DNA of 55,293 nucleotides from an uncultured Candidatus Poseidoniales archaeon (GTDB taxonomy: Archaea > Thermoplasmatota > Poseidoniia > Poseidoniales > Thalassarchaeaceae), in contig CAZRCY010000002.1 in the NCBI GenBank assembly GCA_964598735.1, positions 1-55,293 on the forward strand, in the 5' to 3' direction. A program made the translations under genes and the position numbers. This document shows positions 41,675-50,589 of this stretch, piece by piece (position 1 is the stretch's first letter; each line of letters opens with the position of its first letter). The notes under the pieces are model-generated. The model had not been told where the DNA came from, ran no database searches, and saw only the letters and a program-made list of their open reading frames with translations.

Positions 41675-44097
41675 ATAACTATGGTTGTTGTGAACAGAAA
41701 TATATCAACAAAAAATGGCGTCGTTATTTCATGTCACACCTCCCAAGCCATTTGGAGGAACGTTGCAGATGGTTGACAAATAGTCGTGACATTACAAAGC
41801 CAGGCCCTATAATTGTGTGGTTAAAATCTACATTCAGAACACATGAAAACCCAGTTATTGATGTTGGTCGAACATTATCAGTAAAACATAATCGAGAGTT
41901 GTTGATTTATCACGGCGTTGATGAACGGTATCCAAATGCATCACTGAGACATCATAACATGATTCTTGATGCCGCTGTCGACATGCATGATGGTTGTGAT
42001 ATCATGAATCTAAAGTATGTTTTACACATTGCACGTGATGGTGCTCGCGAACCTGTGATGAAAAAACTATCAGATATTGCATCGATTATTGTTACAGATA
42101 TGATTCCACTTCCACCATGGTCTACCTGGGTACGATCTATCGCCGAATCAGGTACGATGCCTGTTGTCGAAGTGGATGCGCATTGTGTGGTGCCAATGCC
42201 GTTATTTGGGAAATCTGTAGAAAGGCCATACCAATACAGAAATGCAACCAAGAAGTTACGGATACGCCGCATTCAGAGAGAATGGCCGAATTGTGACATG
42301 AATGCTGAGCCGTATCTAGGCAAACTTCCATTCACTCCGATAAATATTGATGAGGATATTAGAAAAAAAGAAGACCGGTGGAATATTCTAAAAAAATGTA
42401 AAATAGACCCGACTGTCTATCCTGTTTGGCAAGAACGCGGTGGAGAGAAAACTGCATTAACAAGATGGCAAGACTTTCTCGACAAACGTATAGGTGGATA
42501 CGCTAGAAGAAGAAATAATGCCGCAGACTTTGAAGGAGTTTCGCGACTGTCTCATGCATTTCACTACGGCGCTCTTTCGCCAATGAAAGTTGCAAGGGAA
42601 GCATCACAGATTAACACAAAATCCGCTGAAAAATATTTAGATGAGTTGTTGATTTTTCGAGAACATGCATGGCATCATGCTGCATCACTAGAGTGCCCTT
42701 CGTCGTACGAAAATCTGCCTGAATGGGCCCGTTCATCATGGAATGATACTCAGTTCGATTCGCGTCCTATTTTGATAAGTAAGGAAAATCTAGAAATCAG
42801 TAAATCTCCAAGTCACCTATGGAACCTTTCCCAAACTTCACTGAGACATCATGGTGAATTACACAATAATCTACGTATGACCTGGGGGAAAGCATTCCCG
42901 TTGTGGACAAAAGATGCTGAAACTTCAATGTCATGGTGCTTAGACATGAATGATAAATACGCATTAGATGGGAGAGATCCGTCCTCGATAGCTGGTGTTC
43001 ATTGGTGTCATGGACTGTTTGATCGCCCATTTAACCCCAGAGTACCAATAATGGGTGTAATACGTCAGAGGGACTTACAAGCGCATGAATCTAGGTTAGA
43101 TATGAAGATGTATGAAGCACATATTGAAAGGGCTGTACTTGATGTTCAAAAACCAATATTAGTCATAGGGGCAGGATATGCTGGTGCAATGGCAGCAAGA
43201 TGTCTTACTAACCATGGAATTGAGGTTATTGTTATCGACAAGGGTAGTAAAATTGGTGGCAGGGCATCTGCAAGATCTTTGGAAAAAGAGCATCTTACTT
43301 ATGGAACATCCATGGCAGATGCCGTGCCAAAATGGCTGGATTGTACATTAGAGACGATTATTTCTGAAGAAGGAATCACACAAAACGGTGACCAACTAAT
43401 AATTGATAGGGGCCCCGTAATTGTTGAACATCTTTTGAGAGACATACAAGTACATTGTGGAACGAAAATAGTTAGTGTAGAGGCTTCTAATACTGAAATT
43501 GTGGTTCAATCTGACGAAGGAAAAATTTGGGAGGCGAGCGGTATAATACTAACTGCACCATTGCCTCAATCTGCTGATATACTAGGACAAATGGCACCTG
43601 ATGACTGGAAAAATAGCAACTATGAATCGATTTGGAGTGTGTTGTTTAGTAATGATTCAGTAATACCTCGAAGTGTTATCAAAGCTGCTCAGAATGCTGG
43701 ATTGATACCAGTGCATGGTAGCGATAATCCATCAAGTTGTTTGGTTCTTCACTCTAATTCTGAATGGTCTAAAAAACATCTAGAAAAATCTCGTGACGAA
43801 ATTGTAGAATTGATATTGCACCAATGTCGTAAATTTGCTGATAATGATGCCTTAGAATGGTTAGATTCTTCAAATTGCCAAGGCCACAGGTGGCGTTTTG
43901 CAAGAGCGATTCGGGTCGGTTCAAAGATCAACACCCCGCGGATTGTAATGGCTGGGGATGCATGGGGGGAACCGGTAGGCACAGTCGGGGGAGCGATATC
44001 ATCTGGAGCGTGGGCTGCCGCAGAATTGGTCTTTTATTTGAGCAACTTTTCCAAAAAAGGGCCAGAAATTCAATCATCATTATTAGATAAATGGTGA
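41671..44097 (+). CDS. phr: Class II CPD photolyase fused to a C-terminal FAD/NAD(P)-binding oxidoreductase (amine-oxidase/renalase-like) domain
   Basis: Photolyase motifs FHYGALSP, HNNLRMTWGK and DGRDPSSIAGVHWCHGLFDRPF. From about 43150 there is a Rossmann dinucleotide motif VIGAGYAGAMAARCL...VIDKGSKIGGR. The ATG overlaps the apt stop (ATGA). Confidence 0.8.
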   Translation: MNNYGCCEQKYINKKWRRYFMSHLPSHLEERCRWLTNSRDITKPGPIIVWLKSTFRTHENPVIDVGRTLSVKHNRELLIYHGVDERYPNASLRHHNMILDAAVDMHDGCDIMNLKYVLHIARDGAREPVMKKLSDIASIIVTDMIPLPPWSTWVRSIAESGTMPVVEVDAHCVVPMPLFGKSVERPYQYRNATKKLRIRRIQREWPNCDMNAEPYLGKLPFTPINIDEDIRKKEDRWNILKKCKIDPTVYPVWQERGGEKTALTRWQDFLDKRIGGYARRRNNAADFEGVSRLSHAFHYGALSPMKVAREASQINTKSAEKYLDELLIFREHAWHHAASLECPSSYENLPEWARSSWNDTQFDSRPILISKENLEISKSPSHLWNLSQTSLRHHGELHNNLRMTWGKAFPLWTKDAETSMSWCLDMNDKYALDGRDPSSIAGVHWCHGLFDRPFNPRVPIMGVIRQRDLQAHESRLDMKMYEAHIERAVLDVQKPILVIGAGYAGAMAARCLTNHGIEVIVIDKGSKIGGRASARSLEKEHLTYGTSMADAVPKWLDCTLETIISEEGITQNGDQLIIDRGPVIVEHLLRDIQVHCGTKIVSVEASNTEIVVQSDEGKIWEASGIILTAPLPQSADILGQMAPDDWKNSNYESIWSVLFSNDSVIPRSVIKAAQNAGLIPVHGSDNPSSCLVLHSNSEWSKKHLEKSRDEIVELILHQCRKFADNDALEWLDSSNCQGHRWRFARAIRVGSKINTPRIVMAGDAWGEPVGTVGGAISSGAWAAAELVFYLSNFSKKGPEIQSSLLDKW

Positions 44098-44101
44098 TTT
44101 T

Positions 44102-45031
44102 TTAGTTGTGAATTATTGTGTAAAATTCATCTAGTCGTTGACGGAACTCTTTCTCAGACAAGTTCAGTAACGACTCGGTCCCGAATGATTCTAATGTGAA
44201 TGATGCTGTTACCGTTGCTGCTTCCAAAGCTTGACGTAGTTCGTGTTTCAGTATAGGACCTTCTCCCTTTGCTAAATATGATGCTAGAGTGCCTGCAAAA
44301 GTATCCCCGCAACCCGTTGGATCGACCACTTTTGACGTGGGGAATGCAGGTATAGAAATTACGCCATCAGGGTGGAGTGCGAGTACTCCGTGTTCTCCCT
44401 TTTTAATTACCAAATATGTTGAACCTATTTTCGAACGGACAAAATGGGATGCTCGGACGAGGTTATCATCATCAGCCAACATTCGGACTTCTCCATCGTT
44501 AATGATTACCAGGTCGACTTTCTTCATTACGGAAAGAAGTTCGTCTTTAGCGATTTGAATCCAGAGATTCATCGAATCTAACATCGAAAGGCGAGAAGGG
44601 GGGGATTGATCTAATACATTTTCTTGAATTGACGGATGTAAATTCGCACAGAATGTGATGGTGGGTGTTCTCCAATTTTCAGGCACTTTTGGTTCAAAAT
44701 GCTCGAACACATTCAGGTGGGTTTCGTGTGTTTCTGCTTCACTCATTGACCCATGATATGAACCAGTCCAACGAAATGTTTCTCCCTGTACTATTTCTAA
44801 TCCAGTCAAATCTAATTCTGCATTTCTTAGTAATTCTCTATCTTCAAGTAAAAAATCATCTCCAACAACGCCAACAATGCCAACCGAACCAGCATTGGAA
44901 ATTCTACTGTGAAAAGCAGCAGCTAAACCACCATATGTTGCAGAGCCACCAAGTTCATTTTCTACTGATCCAGCAGGAGAGGTGATTGAGTCATATGCTA
45001 GACTACCGACAAGTAATACACTTTTATCCAA
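44102..45031 (-). CDS. PfkB-family sugar/nucleoside kinase (ribokinase superfamily)
   Basis: Motifs DPTGCGDTFAG and LVGSLAYDSI. A TTG start at 45031 overlaps the upstream stop (TTGGATAA) and is preferred over the ATG at 45103, which would overlap by 80 nt. Confidence 0.75.
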   Translation of the reverse strand: MDKSVLLVGSLAYDSITSPAGSVENELGGSATYGGLAAAFHSRISNAGSVGIVGVVGDDFLLEDRELLRNAELDLTGLEIVQGETFRWTGSYHGSMSEAETHETHLNVFEHFEPKVPENWRTPTITFCANLHPSIQENVLDQSPPSRLSMLDSMNLWIQIAKDELLSVMKKVDLVIINDGEVRMLADDDNLVRASHFVRSKIGSTYLVIKKGEHGVLALHPDGVISIPAFPTSKVVDPTGCGDTFAGTLASYLAKGEGPILKHELRQALEAATVTASFTLESFGTESLLNLSEKEFRQRLDEFYTIIHN

Positions 45032-45725
45032 GGTTTTCGACCGCCTGAAGAAGTATATCTTGGTAGCAATAGGCTGCTGTTCCGACAACACCAAGTAAAG
45101 CAATTAGAATGAGAATTTTAGCCCAACGTCGTTTCTTTTGTGGTTTTGTTTCAACGGGATTGATTGGCATTAGAGGTTCAGGTGGGGGAGGAAGATCTTC
45201 GGGGATGGGAAGAGGAGGCAATGATTCCACAGGTACCACTTCATCACCATCAATCGAGCGAACATCTGGATATAGTTCGTCTAAATCTGATACTCCTGGG
45301 GCAGCAGGTATATCTCCCATTATCTGAGGCCATGCTTCTTCTAAATCTGACATAGTAAACGGCATTTCTAAAATTGCAACAGCGCCTGCACTAAATGCAA
45401 CATCTTCTGCTGTCTTCCTTCTGATTCGAGAGCATACATACACTAATCGTGCATTGTCATCTGCTTCTCGAATCTCTAATCCAACTAAATGACCATTCAA
45501 TGGGCCTGCCACATCTAATGAAAGGAAAACAATGGGGGAGGAGGTTTTGCTCATTTTTACATAAGCATCTACAGCACGATCTCCGTTGGGCTCATTCTCT
45601 ATGTCATAGCCTCTTCTTCTGAGTAGATCATTGATACGACGGTGTGCGTTTCTCTCATTAATTACAACAAGAGTGGATGGTGTGGCGTCATCCGTCATGA
45701 TGTGAAGGGGTCGGTTCGTCCACAT
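45024..45725 (-). CDS. Tail-anchored protein with degenerate CheY-like receiver domain and Pro-rich linker
   Basis: The receiver-like layout runs LVVINE...FLSLDVAG...VYVCS...EMPF. The acidic pair is replaced by NE and the conserved Lys by Met. A PPLPIPEDLPPPPEP linker follows. The C-terminal TM is ILILIALLGVVGTAAY. Confidence 0.5.
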   Translation of the reverse strand: MWTNRPLHIMTDDATPSTLVVINERNAHRRINDLLRRRGYDIENEPNGDRAVDAYVKMSKTSSPIVFLSLDVAGPLNGHLVGLEIREADDNARLVYVCSRIRRKTAEDVAFSAGAVAILEMPFTMSDLEEAWPQIMGDIPAAPGVSDLDELYPDVRSIDGDEVVPVESLPPLPIPEDLPPPPEPLMPINPVETKPQKKRRWAKILILIALLGVVGTAAYCYQDILLQAVENLG

Positions 45726-45737
45726 GAAGGACGCGGT

Positions 45738-46127
45738 TCATTCTTCTTCTTGGGGATTGTCGGTGTGAATCACTTCAGTAGGGGCTGATGTAGGATCAGT
45801 GTATGTTTTCTTCAATTCTTCTTGTCTTGCCATCTCCGCCTCGATTAATTTTTGTTGTTCTGGGGCTTTGACAAAAATCATTCTAAGTTCTGAAAGGGTT
45901 CCTTTGAGTAATGTATCTTCCATTGATGAAAGATTTCCTGCTGTCTTAGATTGTACGGCCTCAATAGCATCGATGGCCGCTTTAGCTTCACCGAGATTGA
46001 AATGTATCATTCCCTCATAATCCGGAATTGCGCCCATATTCATTAATGCAGAACGTTGTAGCATTTGAATTACGGAAAACAATCGTTCGGAGTATTTATC
46101 TGAAAACATATCTGATGGGTTATTCAT
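45738..46127 (-). CDS. DUF1844-like small protein
   Basis: Pattern MLQRSALMNMG...NLGEAKAAIDAIEAVQSKTAGNLS...ELRMIFV. The ATG at 46127 overlaps the ftsY stop as ATGA. Confidence 0.5.
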   Translation of the reverse strand: MNNPSDMFSDKYSERLFSVIQMLQRSALMNMGAIPDYEGMIHFNLGEAKAAIDAIEAVQSKTAGNLSSMEDTLLKGTLSELRMIFVKAPEQQKLIEAEMARQEELKKTYTDPTSAPTEVIHTDNPQEEE

Positions 46128-47446
46128 TGAAACATCTCCTGAAGTAACCAATCTGGATCAAATGGATGGAGGTCAGCATATTCTTGTCCAACTCCTACCA
46201 TTACAATTGGCCTACCAGTAACATGAGCAATCGAAAGTGCAGCACCACCTTTTGCAGTATCTAATTTGCAAAGGAAAAAGCCATCAAAATCCAACATTTC
46301 TTGGAAAACGGTTGCTTGTTCAATTGCATCATTACCTGCCAATGCATCTGCAACAAATAAAACAAGATGAGGCTGAGCAATACGGTGAACCTTCCGCAGT
46401 TCTTCCATTAGGTTGCGTTTATTCTGCATCCTACCTGCAGTATCTACAATCACAACATCGGCATTTTTGGCACGGGCTGACTCTACAGCATCTCGTGCGA
46501 TTGCTGCTGGATCTCCCCCTCTCTGACTACTAACGCAACGAACGCCTAATCGGTCTGCGTGGGCTTGCAATTGATCTATAGCTCCCGCACGAAATGTGTC
46601 TGCTGCTGCCAGGAGTACTGTGTGGCCTTGTTGGGTAAACCTGTGTGCCATTTTAGCTACACTCGTTGTCTTTCCAACACCATTTACACCAACCACCATC
46701 AAGATAACTGGTCCATCCTCTTCTATTGACAATTTACGAATTGTCTCGTCTAGATCCCAATAACCAGAACGTAATAGAGATCGTAAAGCTCGTTTCAAAC
46801 TTGCCTCGAGAACTTTGGATAAATCTGCACCTCTGCGTAAGCGACTACCTACTAATTCGGCTTTCAACAAACTCAATACAAATTCGATTGCATCAATACC
46901 CATATCAGCCTCTAATAGAATCATTTCCATCTCTTCTAACATCGTATCTAGTGCAGATGATTCTTTGATTACTCTCCCACCTGTCTCTACAACGCCTCCA
47001 CCAAGATCTATCTCTAATTTAGCACCACTTTCCAAATCTATACTACTACTACCTATCGAGCCGCGTGGAGTGTTTTTAATCGACACCAATTGACGGCCTG
47101 TTGTAGAACGTAAAACGTGTAAGTCTACTTTACTACCTACTGGTCGAGTATCTGTAGGTTGCTTTTTTTTCGATTGAATCGTTTTCTTTGGTGTATTGTC
47201 TTCGAAGGGAGAATTGTTGTCCTCATCCTCAAAGTCATCCCATTCATCTTCGACGGGTGATTTAGATGGAGTAATTTCTTCGATATTGTCCCATTCGTCT
47301 TCAGTAGTCTCTTTTGACTCATGTTCAATTTTGGTTTCAAGTGCTTTCTTTGCCTCTTCGGTCCCTTCTTCTGCAGTTAATTCATTCTCGTCGAGTGAAT
47401 CACCTAAGTCTTTTACCTTGGAACGAAATATATCGAACAGACCCAT
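46124..47446 (-). CDS. ftsY: Signal recognition particle receptor FtsY
   Basis: SRP GTPase motifs GVNGVGKTT, DTAGR and TKLD-like CKLDT. An acidic N-terminal domain is present. The ATG at 47446 (MGLFDIF) is preferred; a TTG at 47458 is the alternative. Confidence 0.9.
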   Translation of the reverse strand: MGLFDIFRSKVKDLGDSLDENELTAEEGTEEAKKALETKIEHESKETTEDEWDNIEEITPSKSPVEDEWDDFEDEDNNSPFEDNTPKKTIQSKKKQPTDTRPVGSKVDLHVLRSTTGRQLVSIKNTPRGSIGSSSIDLESGAKLEIDLGGGVVETGGRVIKESSALDTMLEEMEMILLEADMGIDAIEFVLSLLKAELVGSRLRRGADLSKVLEASLKRALRSLLRSGYWDLDETIRKLSIEEDGPVILMVVGVNGVGKTTSVAKMAHRFTQQGHTVLLAAADTFRAGAIDQLQAHADRLGVRCVSSQRGGDPAAIARDAVESARAKNADVVIVDTAGRMQNKRNLMEELRKVHRIAQPHLVLFVADALAGNDAIEQATVFQEMLDFDGFFLCKLDTAKGGAALSIAHVTGRPIVMVGVGQEYADLHPFDPDWLLQEMFQ

Positions 47447-47454
47447 ATAATCAC

Positions 47455-47988
47455 TCAATCATCTAATGTGAGTTCTCCACCAATACCTCTCCGTCTACGA
47501 TTACGAGGTTTATCTCCAGTGGTTGGCTCCGGTTCCTCTACAGGTGCAAGTGTTTCTTCGGAAGGCGATGTTTCATTTTCAAGAATTGCGACTCCTTCAT
47601 TGAATGTAGCTGCTAAGGAGCGAACTGTTTCTTCTGATGTATCGAATTCTTGTTTTAATGAGTCAATTAATTCTGAAATTTCATTTTGTCGCTTCTCAAT
47701 TAAATCAGCAGCCTCATGTCGAGTCATTTCAGCTTGTATTGCAGTTCCAATATCAACAACTGCACCAGCATCTGATTGTACATCAACTACCAATTGAACA
47801 CCGCTCCCTAACGGAACGAGGATATTTTCCGCTCCCCCCTCAGGAATTGCTCGTACTGCCCTTACAACGTGGGTTTGTTCTTGATGAATAGCTTCCAATT
47901 TGGTAAGTTGTTGTTCAATACGTTCCATTTTCTGCCGATTTAGATCTACCATTCGAGCCAAGCGTTGCAACTCTTCTCGGTCAGCCAT
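47455..47988 (-). CDS. pfdA: Prefoldin alpha subunit with C-terminal extension
   Basis: Coiled coil, then beta hairpins (ILVPLGSGVQLVVDV), then coiled coil. The conserved archaeal pfdA-ftsY adjacency is present. Confidence 0.75.
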   Translation of the reverse strand: MADREELQRLARMVDLNRQKMERIEQQLTKLEAIHQEQTHVVRAVRAIPEGGAENILVPLGSGVQLVVDVQSDAGAVVDIGTAIQAEMTRHEAADLIEKRQNEISELIDSLKQEFDTSEETVRSLAATFNEGVAILENETSPSEETLAPVEEPEPTTGDKPRNRRRRGIGGELTLDD

Positions 47989-48034
47989 GAACTTCCGAAC
48001 ATATGCCTACGCATCAAACCGTCGTTGGTATTCG

Positions 48035-48715
48035 TCAAACTATAGGGCCAAGGGTCGCACCAACGATCAACAAAATTGTGGATGCAGTAGCAATCAATAC
48101 ATTATCATCTATCGGTCCAAATTCATATCGTTCTACAAATGATGCGAGAGCGCCACTCAAAACACCCCACAAAGGGATTGCGGTAATAGATTCCATTCCA
48201 ATAAACCAACCCATTGGGAGGCAAACAAAAGCCATAGCAACATTACCCCAGGCACTTTTTGTTCTTTTCGAGAACATTTTATTTCGAACAATTCCTGTTA
48301 CTCCATCACCAAATGCCATGAATAAAGATGGGAGTACTGCCAACCAAGGATCGTCAAAAAGTACCCATAACAAGTAAACCGATATTCCAAGCATGAAAGC
48401 AAATGAGGAGTCGTTCATGTTCTCAGGGTTCTGCATCCAATACATTCTACGCCCTGACTGATGCATGAATGCTGTAAATCCTCCAAGAGCAAAACCCCCG
48501 ATTAACGGAATGAGTGGTTCTGTGAACACAAATGGCATGATCAAAAGAACTACACCAGCAGCCAACATATGCACTATCTTTCGATTATAATAAACTGCTA
48601 CCATCTCTTCCATACCTTGGTCTGTCCAGTAATTGTAGGTCCACCGTGTTCCATAAATTACGAATAATGTCCAAATCGCCATGGTAGACGCCCAAATTAC
48701 TTGGCCTATGTCCAT
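48035..48715 (-). CDS. Polyprenol (dolichol/phytol) kinase family membrane protein (CTP-dependent cytidylyltransferase-like fold)
   Basis: Motifs RKIVHMLAAG, FGDGVTGIVRNKMF..KSAWGN and ERYEFGPIDDNV resemble the Sec59/VTE5 kinase family. About 6 TM helices. Confidence 0.55.
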   Translation of the reverse strand: MDIGQVIWASTMAIWTLFVIYGTRWTYNYWTDQGMEEMVAVYYNRKIVHMLAAGVVLLIMPFVFTEPLIPLIGGFALGGFTAFMHQSGRRMYWMQNPENMNDSSFAFMLGISVYLLWVLFDDPWLAVLPSLFMAFGDGVTGIVRNKMFSKRTKSAWGNVAMAFVCLPMGWFIGMESITAIPLWGVLSGALASFVERYEFGPIDDNVLIATASTILLIVGATLGPIV

Positions 48716-48770
48716 ATCATGTCCTGTACATATTAGTAAACAAAATTAGCCCGGAGGTTACCCCATTAAC

Positions 48771-49547
48771 ATGGGAATTGCAGCAATCTTACTTTGTGGT
48801 GGGAGAGGAACACGGATGATTGTAGGAGGTGAGCATACCCATAAGCCTCTGTTAGAAGTTGGAGGAGTGCCTGCAACAAAATTCGTTGCAAAGAAGTTAC
48901 AAGATGGGTTTTCTTTTTCTCAAACTCTTATTGTTGTCCCAAGTGGCAGAGAAAATGAGTATAAGATGGCAATGCAGGGCATCGATTGTCAAATAATTAC
49001 TCAACATTTACCATTGGGAACGGGTAATGCAGTATACGAATCATTGAAATTTCTGGATAGAGATATTGAAGATGTTTATGTTTCATTTGGGACCCAGCCC
49101 TTAATTAGAAATGAAACAGTACAAGGATGTCTTAATGTGCACAAAGAAATTAATTCTGATTTTACTCTGGCAACAGTAGTGATGGATTGTCCTTATGCTC
49201 CACTAATTAGAGATAATTTTGGTAATGTTACAGAGTCTTTGGAGACTCATTTAGACGGTGCTAATATGCCTTCCAGAGGAGAGACTAATGTTGGTTCATA
49301 TTGGGCATCAAGAAATGCACTGCAAGATATATTGGTTAAATTACATCAAGACTTATATTCGGAAAAAATGGGAAAATATGATACGATTTCTGGTGAATTG
49401 GGCTACCCAAATGAAATGGTAAAAGGATGTATACAAATGGGATTGAAGGTTGAAGGAGTGTGTATCGCAGATGAACAAGAAATGTTGGGAATTAAAACTC
49501 CTGAAACACTGACTGCAATAAGGGAAATTGTGGATGGGTACCTATAA
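48771..49547 (+). CDS. Sugar-phosphate nucleotidyltransferase (GlmU N-terminal-like)
   Basis: NTP-transferase motif AILLCGGRGTRM and LPLGTGNAV. Confidence 0.7.
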   Translation: MGIAAILLCGGRGTRMIVGGEHTHKPLLEVGGVPATKFVAKKLQDGFSFSQTLIVVPSGRENEYKMAMQGIDCQIITQHLPLGTGNAVYESLKFLDRDIEDVYVSFGTQPLIRNETVQGCLNVHKEINSDFTLATVVMDCPYAPLIRDNFGNVTESLETHLDGANMPSRGETNVGSYWASRNALQDILVKLHQDLYSEKMGKYDTISGELGYPNEMVKGCIQMGLKVEGVCIADEQEMLGIKTPETLTAIREIVDGYL

Positions 49548-50257
49548 TGTTAGAATCTGATATGCGAGTTGTTGTGCTTACTGGGGCGGGAATAAGTGCA
49601 GAATCAGGGATTAAGACGTTTAGGGCCAATGATGGGATTTGGGAAAACCATAGAATTGAAGATGTCGCTACACCCCTTGCTTGGGAACGCGACCCGCAGT
49701 TAGTCTGGGAGTTTTACCAGAATCGCCGAAGACAATTATTGAATGTTAATCCAAACCCCGCGCATAAGGCATTAGTCTCATTGGAGAGCTACCTACATGA
49801 GTTCTTACTTATTACACAAAACGTTGATGATTTGCATTCACGAGCGGGTTCAAAAAAATTAATTCATATTCATGGAGAGTTGCGTAAATTACGTTGTGAA
49901 ATGTGTGGTGAAATTGTTAATGCGATGGATGGTGAGCATTTACAAGATCAGTATGTAGAATGTGTTCAATGTGAAAATAAAAGATTACGACCACATATTG
50001 TTTGGTTTGGTGAAATGCCATTCAAAATGAATGAGATTTATCATGCTGTAGGGGAATGTGATGTCTTCATCGCTATCGGAACTAGTGGACATGTGTATCC
50101 TGCAGCGGGATTGTTGTCGATTGCCAAGGATGTAGGTGCCCATTGTATAGGAATAAACCTAGATCCTCCAGAGAATGTTGTCTTGTTTGATGAGTTCCAC
50201 CAAGGGCAGGCTGGGGAATTAGTTCCAGTATTGGTCTCTGAATGGATGGGTGGATGA
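49547..50257 (+). CDS. cobB: NAD-dependent protein deacylase, Sir2 family
   Basis: Motifs GAGISAESGIKTFR, TQNVDDLH and GTSG. Zinc Cys pairs CEMCG and CVQCEN. Confidence 0.9.
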   Translation: MLESDMRVVVLTGAGISAESGIKTFRANDGIWENHRIEDVATPLAWERDPQLVWEFYQNRRRQLLNVNPNPAHKALVSLESYLHEFLLITQNVDDLHSRAGSKKLIHIHGELRKLRCEMCGEIVNAMDGEHLQDQYVECVQCENKRLRPHIVWFGEMPFKMNEIYHAVGECDVFIAIGTSGHVYPAAGLLSIAKDVGAHCIGINLDPPENVVLFDEFHQGQAGELVPVLVSEWMGG

Positions 50258-50258
50258 G

Positions 50259-50516
50259 TTATTCTTCTTCATTTTTTGAAGAAAAATCATGAGAATCACG
50301 AAAGTGGGCTATAACTGCTGCTGCATTAGATGATGTGGGGTCAATTTCAGACACTTCCTCTATACTGATTAGTCTGCGTTGCACACGATGGCGACTTCCT
50401 ATAGCTGAATATAATCGATGTCTTGCGTCTACATCATCTGTGGCAATAAGATCGATACAGAAGTCTTGGGTATTCTTTCGAACTGGGTAATTTCCGGTTA
50501 ATCGAAAAGCCTTCAT
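50259..50516 (-). CDS. rplX: 50S ribosomal protein LX (L18Ae/eL20 family)
   Basis: A start at 50516 gives MKAFRLTGNY...RLYSAIGSRHRVQRRLISIEEVSEI, which matches the LX pattern. The longer track ORF (to 50669) would overlap the divergent protease gene. Confidence 0.65.
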   Translation of the reverse strand: MKAFRLTGNYPVRKNTQDFCIDLIATDDVDARHRLYSAIGSRHRVQRRLISIEEVSEIDPTSSNAAAVIAHFRDSHDFSSKNEEE

Positions 50517-50589
50517 CGGACACGCGACCAGTGACCCAAATAAAACACCGACGGTCAATAGGATGGTTGATGATGGATGATGTTTTGGA

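Noticed and set aside
45031-45103. ATG-initiated long form of the PfkB kinase
   Set aside because: It would overlap the upstream receiver-like gene by 80 nt and adds a non-homologous N-terminus. The TTG at 45031 gives a compact TTGGATAA start/stop overlap and a typical kinase N-terminus.
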